From: an uncultured Methanomassiliicoccales archaeon
GTDB taxonomy: Archaea > Thermoplasmatota > Thermoplasmata > Methanomassiliicoccales > UBA472
NCBI GenBank assembly: GCA_963695345.1
Contig: OY968769.1
Coordinates: 800,001 to 864,000, forward strand
Reading direction: 5' to 3'
DNA length: 64,000 nucleotides
Shown piece by piece: positions 61,049 to 64,000 of the stretch. How positions within the stretch are numbered: position 1 is the first letter of the stretch; each line of letters begins with the position of its first letter. The position numbers and the translations under genes are program-made. The notes beneath the pieces are model-generated. The model had not been told where the DNA came from. It searched no databases and worked only from the letters and a program-made list of their open reading frames with translations.

Positions 61049-62530
61049 TCACTCTTGGCCTGTCTTCCTCTTGCACATCAGCAGTAGCCTACCCTCAGGA
61101 GTCGATGGGAGGGTCTCAAGAACCTCAAAGTGCCTTTCGATCGACCTCTTGAAGTTCTCAAGGCTATACCATTCGAACCCTTTCCTGAACCATTCGCCCA
61201 CCACTTCGTCGTTCTTTGGGACGTATTCGATGATCAGGTTGGACCTACAGAACGGTTCGAAGGCATCGATTATGTTGTCGAAGGACAACCACTGCCACTT
61301 GACCAGATGATGGATGATCGCCAAAGCCAGGACGGTGTCGCAGCGCAGCCTCTCGGTCGCCGGCCGCAATTGATTGTAGCCGATGCCGTATCCTGGGGAC
61401 GGATCGATCGTGTTCATCAGTATCGGTAGAATATGGGAAGAATCGGAACTCGATTCGACCAGCAGTTGGTCCAACGACTGACTGTTGTTGTCCAGCGCCA
61501 ACACCCTATGCCCTTGGATCGAAGCCTGCTTCGCATACCAGCCCTTATTGCTGCCGATGTCCAGCACTGTTCCCGGTTCCAGACCTTCCAGCAGCTGAAC
61601 GAAGGATTTGTTCTTTGAGGGCCACTCTGATGTATCTGTGTGAGAGTGATACTTTGCCCACGATGTATTGTAGTAGTTCGAGAAAGCATCACGCTCGATG
61701 GGCAGCCTCTTTCCTTCGATCGTTCCCTTGACCTTGGCCAATGATGCCTTCCTTCGTTCCGGTGAAGTGTTCATTATTTGATGTAAGTTGCTCATTTGGT
61801 TCTTGAGGGGTTCCTTTATCGCGGCCGGCAATTTTGAGGACGCGGCACCCAGTCCAACGACCCAGTTCCTCTGGTCGGCCTTGTCCCCGTGAAAAGTTGA
61901 TAGACCTTTGTCTTTCAACACCATCCGGGCGACCTCACCCTTCTTTTCCAGATACAGGTTTAGAGGCCTTATGCAGGATCCGAGGATGTCACCATACGCG
62001 GGAAATGTTGGCCCTTGTTTATTATATGGAACGATTGAATTAATATTAATGTGGACGGGTTTGGGTCCGTCATAAAGAACATTGAATAGACTCGCATCCT
62101 TCAAGCTCAGGTCATACTCGGTAAGCACCATCTCGATATCTAATTCCAGTAGGCCCGCCCTTTTGATCATCTCGAATGACCATTCATACGGATAGGAAAC
62201 GAATTCGATCCTCTTTTGTTCTAGCACAATCTCGAATTCATCGGTCGAGAAGTCCGAGACCTTGGTGTCGACCAACATTCCTCGCCGGACCAGTTCCTCG
62301 ATCGCACCGGAATCGAAGACCCCACTGATCTTCTTCCATCCAGCTTCGTTGTATCCCCTGAATACGCGGCCGTTCCAAAAAAAAACCCTGCTCTTTCGGT
62401 CACGACCGGCCGTGCTCGAATACTCAACTTCGCTTATCGGTATCTTTGACATGGTTGCAACAGATGATCCGGACATTCCGGCGTATAGATGGCGTTCCCG
62501 GTCCCTATATTCCAAACCTGATGCTTGCAC
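61049..62530 (-). CDS. NoeA-like class I SAM methyltransferase
   Basis: SYPYEWSF, LKDAS.FNV, VLDIGSNKG, LALAIIHHL, IIEYVPK.D; start may be ATG 62452. Confidence 0.82.
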   Translation of the reverse strand: MQASGLEYRDRERHLYAGMSGSSVATMSKIPISEVEYSSTAGRDRKSRVFFWNGRVFRGYNEAGWKKISGVFDSGAIEELVRRGMLVDTKVSDFSTDEFEIVLEQKRIEFVSYPYEWSFEMIKRAGLLELDIEMVLTEYDLSLKDASLFNVLYDGPKPVHININSIVPYNKQGPTFPAYGDILGSCIRPLNLYLEKKGEVARMVLKDKGLSTFHGDKADQRNWVVGLGAASSKLPAAIKEPLKNQMSNLHQIMNTSPERRKASLAKVKGTIEGKRLPIERDAFSNYYNTSWAKYHSHTDTSEWPSKNKSFVQLLEGLEPGTVLDIGSNKGWYAKQASIQGHRVLALDNNSQSLDQLLVESSSDSSHILPILMNTIDPSPGYGIGYNQLRPATERLRCDTVLALAIIHHLVKWQWLSFDNIIDAFEPFCRSNLIIEYVPKNDEVVGEWFRKGFEWYSLENFKRSIERHFEVLETLPSTPEGRLLLMCKRKTGQE

Positions 62531-62899
62531 TAGGAACTTTTTTTCTATTTCAATTCTCAGCCTACGATTGCCTAATAGGATATCTGATGGCGAGAGAAAT
62601 AATCTTCCTTCAAAATATCAAGTCATCACCCCATGTCGCCGTATCATCAATTTCGGGGAATGGAACCTGTTAAAGGACGACGGCTGACGATAGCGATTGG
62701 CGACATAGCATCCGTTTGAATTGGCTTCAGGCTGCTGCGTAGCGCACGATCGACATCGTGGATAATAATCTAATGAAGACCTCATCATCGCAATGCTCAA
62801 ATCGCGGAGAAGATGGAAAGACCATTCTTAGAAAACGAATAATAAAAAATGAATCGGTTAACCGACCAAAGATCGTATCGGAAAGATTTTGGAACAGGT

Positions 62900-63091
62900 C
62901 TAGAACCTGTTCCTGGGTGTTGCGGGCTTGTGCTTCTGGTAGCAATCCCTGCAATATACCGGCCTGCCCTCGGTCGGCTTGAATGGAACCTGGGTCTCCG
63001 CTCCGCAGTCGGAACACTTCACGTTATGCATTTCTTTCGGGCCGTCGTCTCTGCGGCCGCCAAATCCACTGGATCTCGGTTTTCCGTACAT
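62900..63091 (-). CDS. CxxC-x17-CxxC zinc-binding protein
   Basis: EMH.VKCSDCGAETQVPFKPTEGRPVYCRDCY. Confidence 0.92.
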   Translation of the reverse strand: MYGKPRSSGFGGRRDDGPKEMHNVKCSDCGAETQVPFKPTEGRPVYCRDCYQKHKPATPRNRF

Positions 63092-63231
63092 TATTATTAC
63101 CTTTCGGTTTTTCCCGTCCCGCCACCTTCGAGGCGCTAGGGATGATTCGAATCAACCCCCTAGTATAAAAAAATAGATGGTCGGACGGTCAAACATAACA
63201 ATGACTGGCATGACACGAAAGAGCACGGTGC

Positions 63232-64000
63232 CTAGGAGGGATCCTGCTCCGTCCCGACCGTCACCGGACGGGGATATAGGCCGGCCTCGCGCACTATCTC
63301 CGGAACCTTCTCCTCCCAGGCCACCGCCATGATGTGAATGCCATGGACGCCCTTCATCTGTTTCAGGTGCTCGATGGTCTCGATACAGAGCTTGATGCCT
63401 TCCGCCTTCGGATCGGCCGCGGTCTTCATGCGGTCGATGATAGCGTCCGGGACGCTCATGCCGGAGACCTTGTTCTTCATGTAGAGAGCGACCTTTGCCG
63501 ATTTCAGCGGCAGCACCCCGGCCAGAATGTGGACCTTTCGGTCGAGGCCCCGGTCCCGAACCCCATCCATGAACGTTTCGAACCTGTCCATATCATAGAT
63601 GGACTGGGTCTGTATGAAGTCAGCCCCGGCGGCCACTTTCTTGGCCAAACGGGCGACCCGGAACTCGAACGGGTCCCCGAACGGGTTCTCCACCGCTCCC
63701 AGGTACAGCTGGGGGGCGGCCTCGAGGAGGTCCCCTCCCCAGGCCTTTCCCTCGTCGCGCATGGAGCGCAGGACCATGAGCTCCTGGATGGAGTCCAGGT
63801 CGTATACGTTCTTGGCCTCCTTCTGGTTGCCGAATATCTGATGGTCCCCGGTCAGGCACAGGACGTTCCGTACCCCGAGCGCGCTGGCTCCCAGGACGTC
63901 GGATTGGATGGCGATGCGGTTCCGGTCCCGGCAGGCCATCTGCATGACCGGCTCGACGCCTTCCTGTATGCACACCAGCGAAGCGGCCCAACTGGACAAC
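63232..64000 (-). CDS. metF: Methylenetetrahydrofolate reductase (5' end outside the window)
   Basis: QMACRDRNRIAIQSD, NVLCLTGD, KKVAAGADFIQTQ, GIHIMA. Confidence 0.92.
   Translation of the reverse strand, partial: LSSWAASLVCIQEGVEPVMQMACRDRNRIAIQSDVLGASALGVRNVLCLTGDHQIFGNQKEAKNVYDLDSIQELMVLRSMRDEGKAWGGDLLEAAPQLYLGAVENPFGDPFEFRVARLAKKVAAGADFIQTQSIYDMDRFETFMDGVRDRGLDRKVHILAGVLPLKSAKVALYMKNKVSGMSVPDAIIDRMKTAADPKAEGIKLCIETIEHLKQMKGVHGIHIMAVAWEEKVPEIVREAGLYPRPVTVGTEQDPS

Noticed and set aside
63135-63160. GATTCGAATC resembling a tRNA T-loop or att-site remnant
   Set aside because: No cloverleaf and no extended match to the tRNA-Leu 3' end
1-64000. Transposases, integrases, prophage, rRNA, CRISPR-Cas or defence systems
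   Set aside because: No ORF with recognisable motifs for these was seen in any frame

Overview
Archaeal chromosomal window, most likely Thermoplasmatota (Methanomassiliicoccales-like). This is inferred from BspA-LRR/Fn3 surface proteins with C-terminal TM anchors, a tRNA-Leu without encoded CCA, and the gene repertoire. The left ~19 kb is an accessory region of surface proteins, small regulators and decayed gene remnants ending at tRNA-Leu(TAA). The rest is dominated by C1 and carboxyl-transfer metabolism. (i) A birA / acyl-CoA carboxyltransferase / pyruvate carboxyltransferase / biotin-carrier operon has no biotin carboxylase or Na+-pump subunit, so it looks like a transcarboxylase. (ii) A bacterial-type Wood-Ljungdahl set is present: cooS, acsB, acsD, acsC, two cooC, cooT, acsV, acsE, metF, a core (MesB-like) methionine synthase and folate-dependent purH; cooS and acsB are probably one fused gene hidden by a single missing base. 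Other notable items are a ~250-nt densely base-paired non-coding element between czcD and purH, a molybdoenzyme fused to a 4-His cytochrome-b-like domain, and tandem Kelch/coiled-coil surface proteins. Roughly 25-30 single-base frameshifts, many at homopolymers, break otherwise intact genes and look like long-read errors. All calls come from reading motifs by eye; no database searches were run.
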